From a virus (lineage: Duplodnaviria > Caudoviricetes), in IMG/VR virus record IMGVR_UViG_3300040856_002539, positions 1-56,127 of that record: 56,127 bases of DNA, one strand, 5' to 3'. The position numbers and the translations under genes were made by a program. This document shows, in pieces, positions 16,389-25,900 of this stretch; the stretch's first letter is position 1, and each line of letters starts with the position of its first letter. Below the pieces are notes generated by a model that was not told where the DNA came from, ran no database searches, and was given only the letters and a program-made list of their open reading frames with translations.

Positions 16389-19300
16389 TTAGTTACCTAG
16401 TGCGATGATAAGTGGTGTTACTGTATTTAATATACTTTGGCTGAATGCTCTACCAGAAATAGTTCCAGTTAATTGATTGATTGTTAAATCATCACCAATT
16501 TTGAAGTTACCTGCTTGATCTGTGCTAGTATACACAATTTCGCCCCCATTTAATTTGATTACTTCATTTTCTTGTATAACAACCCCACCAAGAGCAGGTT
16601 TTGCGAGATTGATGTCATTTCCAGAGCCAACCCATTCGAAAGAATGTGATGATGTAATCTGGAGACTCAATCGATTGAAATAAACTGTAGTTCCAGTACT
16701 TACTGTATTATTTAGATTTGTATTGAGAGTGACTGTCGATATTCCAGAACTTGGTAATGTTGCGGACTCTACAGTATAATATATTGGATATAGATTTAGT
16801 GATGCACTTGCGGTTACTCCAGCACCTGTAGGTCCACTGATAGTAATTTGTGGATTATCGTCTAATCTATACTGACTACCAGTACTGATGATATCAATTG
16901 ATGATACTTGACCAAAAGCGTTGATACTAGCAACTGCTTCTGCACGAATGCCATTAGGACCAGTTGGTAAATCGACTATTACTGTCGGTGCCTGGGTATA
17001 TCCAAATCCCCCATCAGTAACGGTAATACTTTCCACACTATAATATAATTCACCAAAGTGTAATGTTTGTCCATCATAAGGTCTTAGATTTCCAATATCA
17101 GAAACTTCAATAATTGATTGTTCTGCCACAGCATCTGTATTTGCGATGCCAGTATGGTGATAAATTGATTTTGTATTATAATTCCCAACGCCGTCGCTAA
17201 CTAGACCCTTGGTACCAAAAGAAGAGTTAGAGTTTGTAATATCACACTGACCACCAGAGCCAGTAAAGATTGCAATATCATCACAAATGGTAAAGATAGA
17301 AACCAGTTGAGCATAAGCACCATTGGTGATTGAAACTCCAATGCCACCTTGGTTATATTGAGTATATGAGTCAACACTCATTGTGCCAGTTACGCCAATG
17401 TCATCTTGGTCTCCTGGCTCTGCCTCAAATCCATCAACCTTCATTCCAATACTTCCTGGGACAAAGTTTGTGCAGTTTCTTATGTATGGGCCTTGTGTGA
17501 TTGGGCCAACTCCGGGAGAATATGGTGGAAATACAACACCACCACCCTCATAAGTATGTGGAATAGTAGAAACGCCAGTATTGACAACAAATGTAGTTCC
17601 TTCACCAATAACTTCGGTAACTCTAAAGTCATATCCAAGATTGCCTGTTGGATATAGAGTAGTCGTTCCCGCACCACTAGTACAAGAGAACTCTAAGTCT
17701 TGGAGTCTTACGAACTGACCCACTTTAACTACAGCGCCTGGAGCAGTAATTGTTGTAACTCCAGTTGTATTATCATAAGAAGCAGTGGTAACACCAATGG
17801 CACGATTGACTACAAATCCACCACCGACATAATTGTGCGCAATGGTAGAAACTCCTGTATTGACGACAAAAGAACCATCATTGTTAATTGCTGTAACATC
17901 AAATAAGTAACCATATTTACCTGATGGATATCTTTGTGTGCCAATCGAACCACCGGAAGTACAATCGAATAGTAAATCTCTAATTTCTACAATATCTCCA
18001 GGTTTAACTGATAGTGTTGGAGCAAGAATCGTGGTCTCACCAGAAGTATTATCATAAACGGCACTCGTAATTCCAATGATGGTGGCGAATCCGATGCCAG
18101 AATTTCCTGGGAATGATGTAGTGATTCCAGAGGTGGATCCATACCCTAAGATTGTAGTCACGACTCCCACACAAGACTTTATCGCAGAAACAACATTTGC
18201 GCATCCATCGATGGCATTATTGAACCCAGTGTTTGGATCTACTTGGATGGATAAGTCTTTTACCTGGATATATTCATTTTGGAAGTTTACATATTTTTGT
18301 ATTGTTCCTCCAGAAACATAAGTGTGCGGGAGGGTGGACTGCCCAACAACAACCTCAAAGGTATTTGAATCTACTACTGATTTTACATTAAAAATATATC
18401 CTAGGTTTCCACTTGGATAAGTAACCACACCAGGGCCAGACGGACAAGTAAATCCAAGTCCTACTATTTTTACTGCGTTGTCTTTTTGGAGTCCATGATT
18501 CGATGCAGTGATAGTTGTAATTCCAGTAGAATTGTTGTATACGGCATTTGTTACTGATTTTTCGCCTCCTTCGGGAAACCCTCCCCAAGTTGAATTATTA
18601 ATGATTGCTCTCGCAATTCCAAAAGAGTAATCAACGGTTGATATAGTTTGTTCTACTTCTCCTGGATTTTTTAGAATTTGTGGGATAAGATTCCAGTTTT
18701 CATCGTAATATGATTTGCCAGCAGCAACGCAACGACTATTTCCTCCTCTGGTGACATCATGAATCACACATTTCCAAATATCTTTTATGTCATCTGCGCA
18801 ATCTACACTCTCCAGATTCACCCCATAAATTGTAGTAATTCCAGATACATTATTATAATCGTCAAGAATACTGGTTACTATACCAGCAAGAGTTTCTATT
18901 GTTTGAATTGTGTCAGTGCAGCCACCACTTACTACAACGGGAGAATAACTACTCGTATCTTGTAAGAGTGAGCTATAGGTAGTTCCACCATATGGAATAT
19001 TATTAATAACAAATGTGACTATCCCAACAGCATGATTTATTGCCGAAATGGTTGCTTCTTTGACGCTATATCCATTCAAATCGGTTCCAGTGATATGGAG
19101 TAAACTTCCTCCATCATCATAATATGATAGTCCAGCGCCAATTACTTTTTTATTACTTCCGGCCTTTAAGTCATAAGAAATAGAACGAAGAATGTCTTTG
19201 ATGTCATCTTCGCAATTAACTGGGTCTGTTGCAATTCCAGAAGAGTTTACTATAGTGAATGCTGGAGTTTTATAGTCAGTTGAAGTCAAAAACCCAATTG

Positions 19301-21395
19301 CTTCTGCTGCTATAAAATCGAGATTCAAATCAATAAGTCTTGCTGCATCTTGTTCTCTATGATTTCCAGCAAATCCACTGAATCCACTGGTTAAGAATCC
19401 AACAGATTCGTTTGCGATATAATCTAAATTATAACGAATCATTCTTGATGCATCAAAGAATCTATCAGTGGATACACCAAGTAGAGGTTGTAATGCTATA
19501 ATAGAAGCTCCATTGGTCATCTGAGGACCAATAAAACTCAAGTCCGTTACGTGGCAACTATTATTTACATAAAATAAGTCTCTATCTGGATATTTTGGTG
19601 TTACTACACAGTTACGAAGTTCTGTTCCCTCCACTGCAACTCTTTTCGCAAGTGTTATTGGATTTTCTTCAACATAAACACCAGGGAAGACCTTAATGGT
19701 ATCTCCTGGAAATGCAATTGCAGCTGCTGCTTTGATTGTTCTCTTGGAATCACTCTCCGTGAGTCCACTATTGGTGTCACTACCATTTTGTGTTACAAAG
19801 ATTGTCTTACCGATTGGGAAGTAAGAATCAATATTGACTACGCCTTTTCCTTGTGCTTGGGTAGATGATAATCTAACCCCAATACCTGCTGTGATTTGGG
19901 TAACAATTCCAGCAAGTGCTTCGCCACTTCCAAAATATGTAAGAGCATCAACTGTAGTTGCAGTTACGGTTTCTGCTACTGATACATTTGTTGCTGTGAG
20001 GAATCCAACAGTTGCTGTACCAGATACATTAATGTCTGCTGCAGTAACGAACCCAACAGTTGCTGTACCAGATACATTAATGTCTGCTGCAGTAACGAAC
20101 CCAACAGTTGCTGTGGTTCCAACGCTAATACTACCAGATACATTGATATTCCCACCAATATCAAGTCTTTCTGTTGGAGATGTTGAACCAATACCAAGAT
20201 TTCCTGGATTAGAAATAAAAACTAACTCACTCTTTGCAATTCCAATTGATCGGAACCCGGAGTCTTCTGCAAATGTTGGATAATAAGTAGTTGTTGTACT
20301 TATGTTTTGGATTGCGGTATTTGATGCTGCCGACCAATTTGGGGGTAATCCAGAACCTCTAGAGACCAATACTTCGCCATCAAGTCCAGCATAAAACTCT
20401 CTTGCGATATTGATTTCTGTTTCTATTGAGGTACCGAATCTATTGTGGTTTGGTAATATTCCAATAGAATTGATGCCAACAGAAATGACAACTGTTCCAG
20501 GATTTATGTCTGTCCCTGCATCATCAACAAAGTCAGAAATTTCAATTCCCGTGGTATCTATCCCACTAATAATACTTCTATCAGTACCAGAAAGAATGCC
20601 AACTCTAGATGTTAATTGACCTCCCTCAAGATATAATGAACCTCCAAGTAATGTTGTTCCTCTAATATCTAAGTCATAGTTTGGTTGATTGGTTTTGATG
20701 CCAACTTGACCGTCATTGTCAATAATAAAAGAAGTGCTGTCTGGGTTGGTATTATCTTCGACTCTTAATGCATTACCAGTTCCAGTTTGTGTGATTCTTA
20801 CTAAATCACTTGAAGTTGATCCAGAGAATATGCCAGAGTTAAATGTACTAACTCCACTAACAGATAATTGAGTTACTGATGTGATACCTCCAATAACATT
20901 AATTGCTGTTGTTGCTGTAGCAGCATTGACTGCATTTGGAGTAGTCCAAACTGGAGGGAGATTATTTCCTTGTGATACTAGAGTTTGTCCAGATTTGCCA
21001 GATATCTTGTATCTTAAAAATGTGAATGATGTTGTTGCTACTCCAGAAGAATTAGTGTGATTTGGAAGAATTGATAAGGAACTACTTCCAATCGCAGTAA
21101 TTCTGGTGTTACTTTGAAGATATGTGCCGGTTAAATAATCTCCAACAAAAAGACTACTTGTGTCAATACCAGAAATGGTAACAAGTGAAGTTGTAGATAC
21201 AATACCAGTTGTAGTTTTTATTGTTGGAGTATCGTTTGGGAGATAAATTCCACCAGATAATGAGAGATTTCCGTTTACTGATAAAAGATAATCTGGAAGA
21301 GTTGTTCCGATACCTACACTTTGCCCTTCTGTGTAGATTAGATTTTCTGCAACTTCAATGCCATTTTTTACGACAAAGTTTTTGCTGATTGCCAT
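16389..21395 (-). CDS. Very large tail-fibre/virion structural protein
   Basis: 1668 aa; KNFVVKNGIEV start, beta-helix-like region (FVTQNGSD...TIKAA...PGVYVE..P), four repeated AVY.NT.G.TTITA...L.F.C.SG modules. Confidence 0.85.
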   Translation of the reverse strand: MAISKNFVVKNGIEVAENLIYTEGQSVGIGTTLPDYLLSVNGNLSLSGGIYLPNDTPTIKTTTGIVSTTSLVTISGIDTSSLFVGDYLTGTYLQSNTRITAIGSSSLSILPNHTNSSGVATTSFTFLRYKISGKSGQTLVSQGNNLPPVWTTPNAVNAATATTAINVIGGITSVTQLSVSGVSTFNSGIFSGSTSSDLVRITQTGTGNALRVEDNTNPDSTSFIIDNDGQVGIKTNQPNYDLDIRGTTLLGGSLYLEGGQLTSRVGILSGTDRSIISGIDTTGIEISDFVDDAGTDINPGTVVISVGINSIGILPNHNRFGTSIETEINIAREFYAGLDGEVLVSRGSGLPPNWSAASNTAIQNISTTTTYYPTFAEDSGFRSIGIAKSELVFISNPGNLGIGSTSPTERLDIGGNINVSGSISVGTTATVGFVTAADINVSGTATVGFVTAADINVSGTATVGFLTATNVSVAETVTATTVDALTYFGSGEALAGIVTQITAGIGVRLSSTQAQGKGVVNIDSYFPIGKTIFVTQNGSDTNSGLTESDSKRTIKAAAAIAFPGDTIKVFPGVYVEENPITLAKRVAVEGTELRNCVVTPKYPDRDLFYVNNSCHVTDLSFIGPQMTNGASIIALQPLLGVSTDRFFDASRMIRYNLDYIANESVGFLTSGFSGFAGNHREQDAARLIDLNLDFIAAEAIGFLTSTDYKTPAFTIVNSSGIATDPVNCEDDIKDILRSISYDLKAGSNKKVIGAGLSYYDDGGSLLHITGTDLNGYSVKEATISAINHAVGIVTFVINNIPYGGTTYSSLLQDTSSYSPVVVSGGCTDTIQTIETLAGIVTSILDDYNNVSGITTIYGVNLESVDCADDIKDIWKCVIHDVTRGGNSRCVAAGKSYYDENWNLIPQILKNPGEVEQTISTVDYSFGIARAIINNSTWGGFPEGGEKSVTNAVYNNSTGITTITASNHGLQKDNAVKIVGLGFTCPSGPGVVTYPSGNLGYIFNVKSVVDSNTFEVVVGQSTLPHTYVSGGTIQKYVNFQNEYIQVKDLSIQVDPNTGFNNAIDGCANVVSAIKSCVGVVTTILGYGSTSGITTSFPGNSGIGFATIIGITSAVYDNTSGETTILAPTLSVKPGDIVEIRDLLFDCTSGGSIGTQRYPSGKYGYLFDVTAINNDGSFVVNTGVSTIAHNYVGGGFVVNRAIGVTTASYDNTTGVTTITAPGAVVKVGQFVRLQDLEFSCTSGAGTTTLYPTGNLGYDFRVTEVIGEGTTFVVNTGVSTIPHTYEGGGVVFPPYSPGVGPITQGPYIRNCTNFVPGSIGMKVDGFEAEPGDQDDIGVTGTMSVDSYTQYNQGGIGVSITNGAYAQLVSIFTICDDIAIFTGSGGQCDITNSNSSFGTKGLVSDGVGNYNTKSIYHHTGIANTDAVAEQSIIEVSDIGNLRPYDGQTLHFGELYYSVESITVTDGGFGYTQAPTVIVDLPTGPNGIRAEAVASINAFGQVSSIDIISTGSQYRLDDNPQITISGPTGAGVTASASLNLYPIYYTVESATLPSSGISTVTLNTNLNNTVSTGTTVYFNRLSLQITSSHSFEWVGSGNDINLAKPALGGVVIQENEVIKLNGGEIVYTSTDQAGNFKIGDDLTINQLTGTISGRAFSQSILNTVTPLIIALGN
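20005..20116 (-). repeat. Perfect 48-nt tandem repeat within the fibre gene
   Basis: ccaacagttgctgtaccagatacattaatgtctgctgcagtaacgaac at 20005 and 20053, partial at 20101 (VGFVTAADINVSGTAT). Confidence 0.9.
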
Positions 21396-21432
21396 CTTTC
21401 TCCTTAGAGGTTCACTATCCCCTCTTTTTTAT

Positions 21433-21439
21433 TATTTAT
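21433..21439 (-). promoter_or_regulatory. T4-like late promoter
   Basis: ATAAATA upstream of a hairpin, AAGGAG SD and ATG. Confidence 0.65.
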
Positions 21440-21451
21440 TTAATTAAAATA

Positions 21452-22966
21452 TTATACCGTCAAATTATTAAATGGGAATGAACCAATAACTCTATTTAAA
21501 CTATAACTTGGAGTTCCTTCAGATGGAGAAGGAGACCATAATTCATCACCAATCGAATTATTAATTAAACTATAAATATTTCCTCCTCTAGAGTCTCCTG
21601 GAAAAAACGCTCTTCCGCAAGGAAATGATAGTCCATTGTAACCAAAACCCACTCCAAATGTACCTGGAGGTGCAGGATTTGTGTAAAACGCATAACATAA
21701 TACACCTTCAGCGAAAAACCCTTGTCCAGTAAGAGTTGGGTGTGATGGATTTTGCGAACACACATGCCTTCCTGTTGATCGATTATAATACCTATAAATG
21801 GGTCTTATAAAATAAGTAGTAGATGGTGGTGGCGGTGGCTGTGGTGGTGGTGGAGGTGGTGGTGGAGGAGCACTTCTTGTAGTAATACTCCAATCTGCGA
21901 TAGTATTTCCTACAGTTAAATTAGTAGACACTGCACTACTATAAGAACCAGAAGATGTTAATCTAAGTCTTATTTTATCATTATTTACAACTTCAATTGG
22001 AGTATCTGTAAAGTTTTTTATAATAGAACTATTTCTTTCTACTTGATAACTTGCAGAAGAGTTTGATAGTGTTACTGGAAGATCTGAATTTAAACTTAAA
22101 CCCGAAACAGTGATTTGATCGCTATCTGTAGTAGTGCTTAACTGCAAATTACTTTGATCTGTAAAATCAACTGGTGTAAAAAGAATGTTAAGGTTTTCTT
22201 GTTCTGTTGTAACAGACCAGTCTGCACCATATGCACCAATCTGATATTGATTAAATGTAGTTGTGTTAAATAAACTTGAAGAAGTTGTTTCTAATTTTAT
22301 AGAATCTCCATTAAAAACAGGATAAGAAGATCCCCGATTAATTCCATTTACAATAACAGAACCAATTCCTAAAGTAACACTATAGTCAAAAGAAAAACCA
22401 GACTCTAAACCTGATACTATAATTTCATTACTTTGTGTGGTAGTATTTGTTGTTGTAGAACCAATTGAAGTAAATGTAAAAGTATCTGGTATATCATCAA
22501 TGGGTCTAGTTCTTACAATCCAATCTTGCGTAGATTTTCCAACAGAAACATTTACAGTATATGTCTTATTAAAATCTTCTTTTACTAATCTTTCTGGAAT
22601 TAAAGATAAATTAATTGATTGATTGTTTTTTACAAATGCATTAACAGTACCTCGCCCAATAGATGGTCGAAACCTAGTATTTGGTTCTGAATATTCATCA
22701 AAACTTGCTTCATTTACAAAACTATTATCAAATCTTACTGTTTGATTGTTATCAAAAACATTTGATACTAAAGAATATGAACAACCAATACTTACTCGAA
22801 TTGGAAGTGGGGACTTTATTCCAGTAATTTTAGCATACCCAGAAATATATTCATTTCCAGGTTCTACTTCAGTTAAATCAACCCAATCAAAAGGATCGGG
22901 TAATTCTACAATAAATGGCCTATATGCATATTCCGATGCGTTTCCGAATCCTCCAAGTATTGGCAT
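21452..22966 (-). CDS. Virion structural protein with repeated Ig-like domains, polyproline linker and C-terminal binding-type domain
   Basis: Three PD.F.F...S..I..SGL...W..TT modules; P9QP5; RPIYRYYN..TG.H (DUF5648-like). Confidence 0.75.
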   Translation of the reverse strand: MPILGGFGNASEYAYRPFIVELPDPFDWVDLTEVEPGNEYISGYAKITGIKSPLPIRVSIGCSYSLVSNVFDNNQTVRFDNSFVNEASFDEYSEPNTRFRPSIGRGTVNAFVKNNQSINLSLIPERLVKEDFNKTYTVNVSVGKSTQDWIVRTRPIDDIPDTFTFTSIGSTTTNTTTQSNEIIVSGLESGFSFDYSVTLGIGSVIVNGINRGSSYPVFNGDSIKLETTSSSLFNTTTFNQYQIGAYGADWSVTTEQENLNILFTPVDFTDQSNLQLSTTTDSDQITVSGLSLNSDLPVTLSNSSASYQVERNSSIIKNFTDTPIEVVNNDKIRLRLTSSGSYSSAVSTNLTVGNTIADWSITTRSAPPPPPPPPPQPPPPPSTTYFIRPIYRYYNRSTGRHVCSQNPSHPTLTGQGFFAEGVLCYAFYTNPAPPGTFGVGFGYNGLSFPCGRAFFPGDSRGGNIYSLINNSIGDELWSPSPSEGTPSYSLNRVIGSFPFNNLTV

Positions 22967-22974
22967 ATTTTACC

Positions 22975-25900
22975 TTATGAGTAATTTGACTGAGAAGCAA
23001 GAACAGTAAATGTAGAATCTGCTGTTTTAATAATTACATAAGTATAACTATCTATACTATTTGAATTACCGAAAGTCGGAGCAAATCCACCATACCATCT
23101 TGGCGTTATAGCAACTCCATCAATTTTTATTTCATCATTGTAATACCCAGTTGCTCCGTTTGTTGCAAGGAAAGCAACGGTGATAGAATCTCCAACTTCA
23201 AGTATATTATTTAATGTTGTTCCACTAGAATTGCCGGTAAAGTTTAGAGTCCAATTCTGAGCAACACTATCTGTATAATAATAAACATTATTATCACCTA
23301 AGTAAATATTAATGTCTATCGCATTTCCTGCATTATTGAGTATAGGCCAAGCACCAGATACTATTGTTGCTTTTTCTATAATTTCTGTGACATTAAGAAG
23401 TCCATTAATATAAGTTTTTCCTTCAACTCTTAATTTGACATCAGGGGAAACAACACTGGTTCCAATACCAACATTACCCAGATAATATGCTGAGTTAATT
23501 CCAGCACCACCAAATGGATTAACTTCGGTCCAAATGGAATCTAGGTTGGTTAGATTACTACCATCACCATAGAATGTTCCTGTCCAAATACCAACATAAT
23601 GTCCATCATTATTTTGAACTGGTCCAAATTTTCTCCACTGATTATTTGTAGTATAAACCCATCCAGTGTAACCACCATCTGATGGTTGTGAATAGTATTG
23701 AACATCACCTGCAGTCGCCGCAGTAATTGGAGTTGCAATTCCTACTGTATACTTCCTAGAGATAGTCGCATTTCCTTGCAAGTACAGAGAATTTGCCTCG
23801 ACGCCACGAGAAGAATTAGAAGTAATCTTATCATTAAAGACAACAGGGCCATTGAATTCAGAAATGTTATTGCCACCTTTACCACCTTCGACTTTAATTG
23901 AACGAGTTACATTCACATTTTCTGTGTTTACGATATTAATAGCAGCAGCAGTTCCAGTTTCAACGAAGATTTCTTCTCCACGAATTGATGGTACTGGGGC
24001 ATCAAAAACATCTTCTTGTCCTGTTGCAGAGCTTACACGTTTGTTTCCAATATAAAAATCACCATCATTATTCATTCCAGTATAAACATTGATGCCACCA
24101 TCAACCTTAAAAGATTGAGCTAGTAATTCTTCTTGTTCTGTGATTTGGCGGTCTTGGCGATCTGGGAATGCATTTGAATAGTTGCCAGGGCCAAATCCAA
24201 CATACTCAAATGTATGACCAGAAGCACGAAGAATGGAGTGTCTACGGAATTCTATTGGGTATGGATGTATTTTTCTGACAACAGAACCAGAAACATGAGA
24301 AGTGTTACGAGTTCCAAGTAGTCCTCTGAATACAGAAACTGGATTTCCATCTACTGTTTCACGGATTCTTAAGATCTCATCGTCAATTTGAACATAATCA
24401 CCGATTTTAAGGCCAGTAGAATCGATTGATGCAATTGAAATTGTTGTCGCTGTTGTGGTAATACCCACAGATGTAGTTGTAGTAATACCTGCATACTGCT
24501 CAACAATTCTTTGTTCTTCTCTTCCTGTATTATTTCCTCCTTTGGAGGCGTATCCATAAGGATGTACTACAATTGTTCCTGTTGTTGCCGGAGATGAATT
24601 ACTTACTCCAATATTTAAATCAATTGAAGTGAGAGAATTTACTTTGGCAACTAAGAAATCACCATTATATAATGACGAATCTGCTCCAGAATTTCTCACT
24701 TTATCAGAGGCAGAAATTCCATGAGCAGAAGAGAAGGTGACCGTAGCAATTCCGGATACATTATTATAAGTAAATGAACTCGCAGTCAGTGACTTTCCTG
24801 TTAAGTATGCATTTGTTCTTGATGTTATTGTTATTCCAATTCCAGTAGTTGACGGAGATGTAACAGAACCAGCGGAAGAAACTTGAATTTGTTTGCTGGT
24901 AGTTATACTACTTATTCTATAAATTTCATTGTATTGGGAATATTCTCTGTTGACGATTCCGGATAAAGAAATAACTTCATTTGTATGATCATAAATTGAT
25001 GCTACTGTGACAGTTCCTGGAACATGACCAGAAGTTGTCGCAACACCAACGACAGTCAGCACATCTCCAACTTGATATGCACTGCCACCATCTTCTAGTT
25101 CTATATTTGTTATTTGTCCTGATGGATTGATTTTGATTACCGCAGAAGCACCTTCTCCAGATCCGCCAGTTAATTGTGCATTATATAAAGTTTCAATTGT
25201 TCCGGTGGTTCCATATGCAGAACCAGCACTGGTAGTAGTCAATCCAGTGATAGGATTCAATCCATGATCAATATTTGTGTAGAATGTATGGGAAGTTCCC
25301 ACTACATTACTGATAATACTTGTAATTCCAAATCCAACTTTGTTTTCAAGTAGAAATTCTTCTAATGTTTCTTTGGTAATACTTTTTTGTGGATCACTGA
25401 CCACAACTTGCCCAATTGGATCTGATAGAGCAAAACTCTGTGTTGATTCTGGGTCTGATACAACATTATCTCGGTCAAGTTGTGGATATAAATATTGAAC
25501 TGGTTGAGACAGTCTTATGTCTTCAAATGGAGTAATATTGGGAGTATTTGAAGAATTAATGACGGATATGTGGTATATTCCGTCTTGTTGATTTTGAACA
25601 TACTCTTGTACTTGTTCTGTTCTATAGACAATATATGTTCCAGGAAGTTTTTTACGATTAAAATATGGAAGAGAAGTATTTCTTATTGAAGTATTATCAA
25701 GGAATGTTCCAGGATCATTTGTCAATGAATACGAAAATTCTCTTCTGCTTGGAATGTCACTGACAGTATAAACACCATTGAAACCTGATGTTGATAATCC
25801 TGAACTATTATTTGTACTTAAGACATTAAATACTTCAACCTGAGATCCAATCGAAAGATGATGTGACAACTCAGTTTCAATCGTAGCAATTGAACCATTC

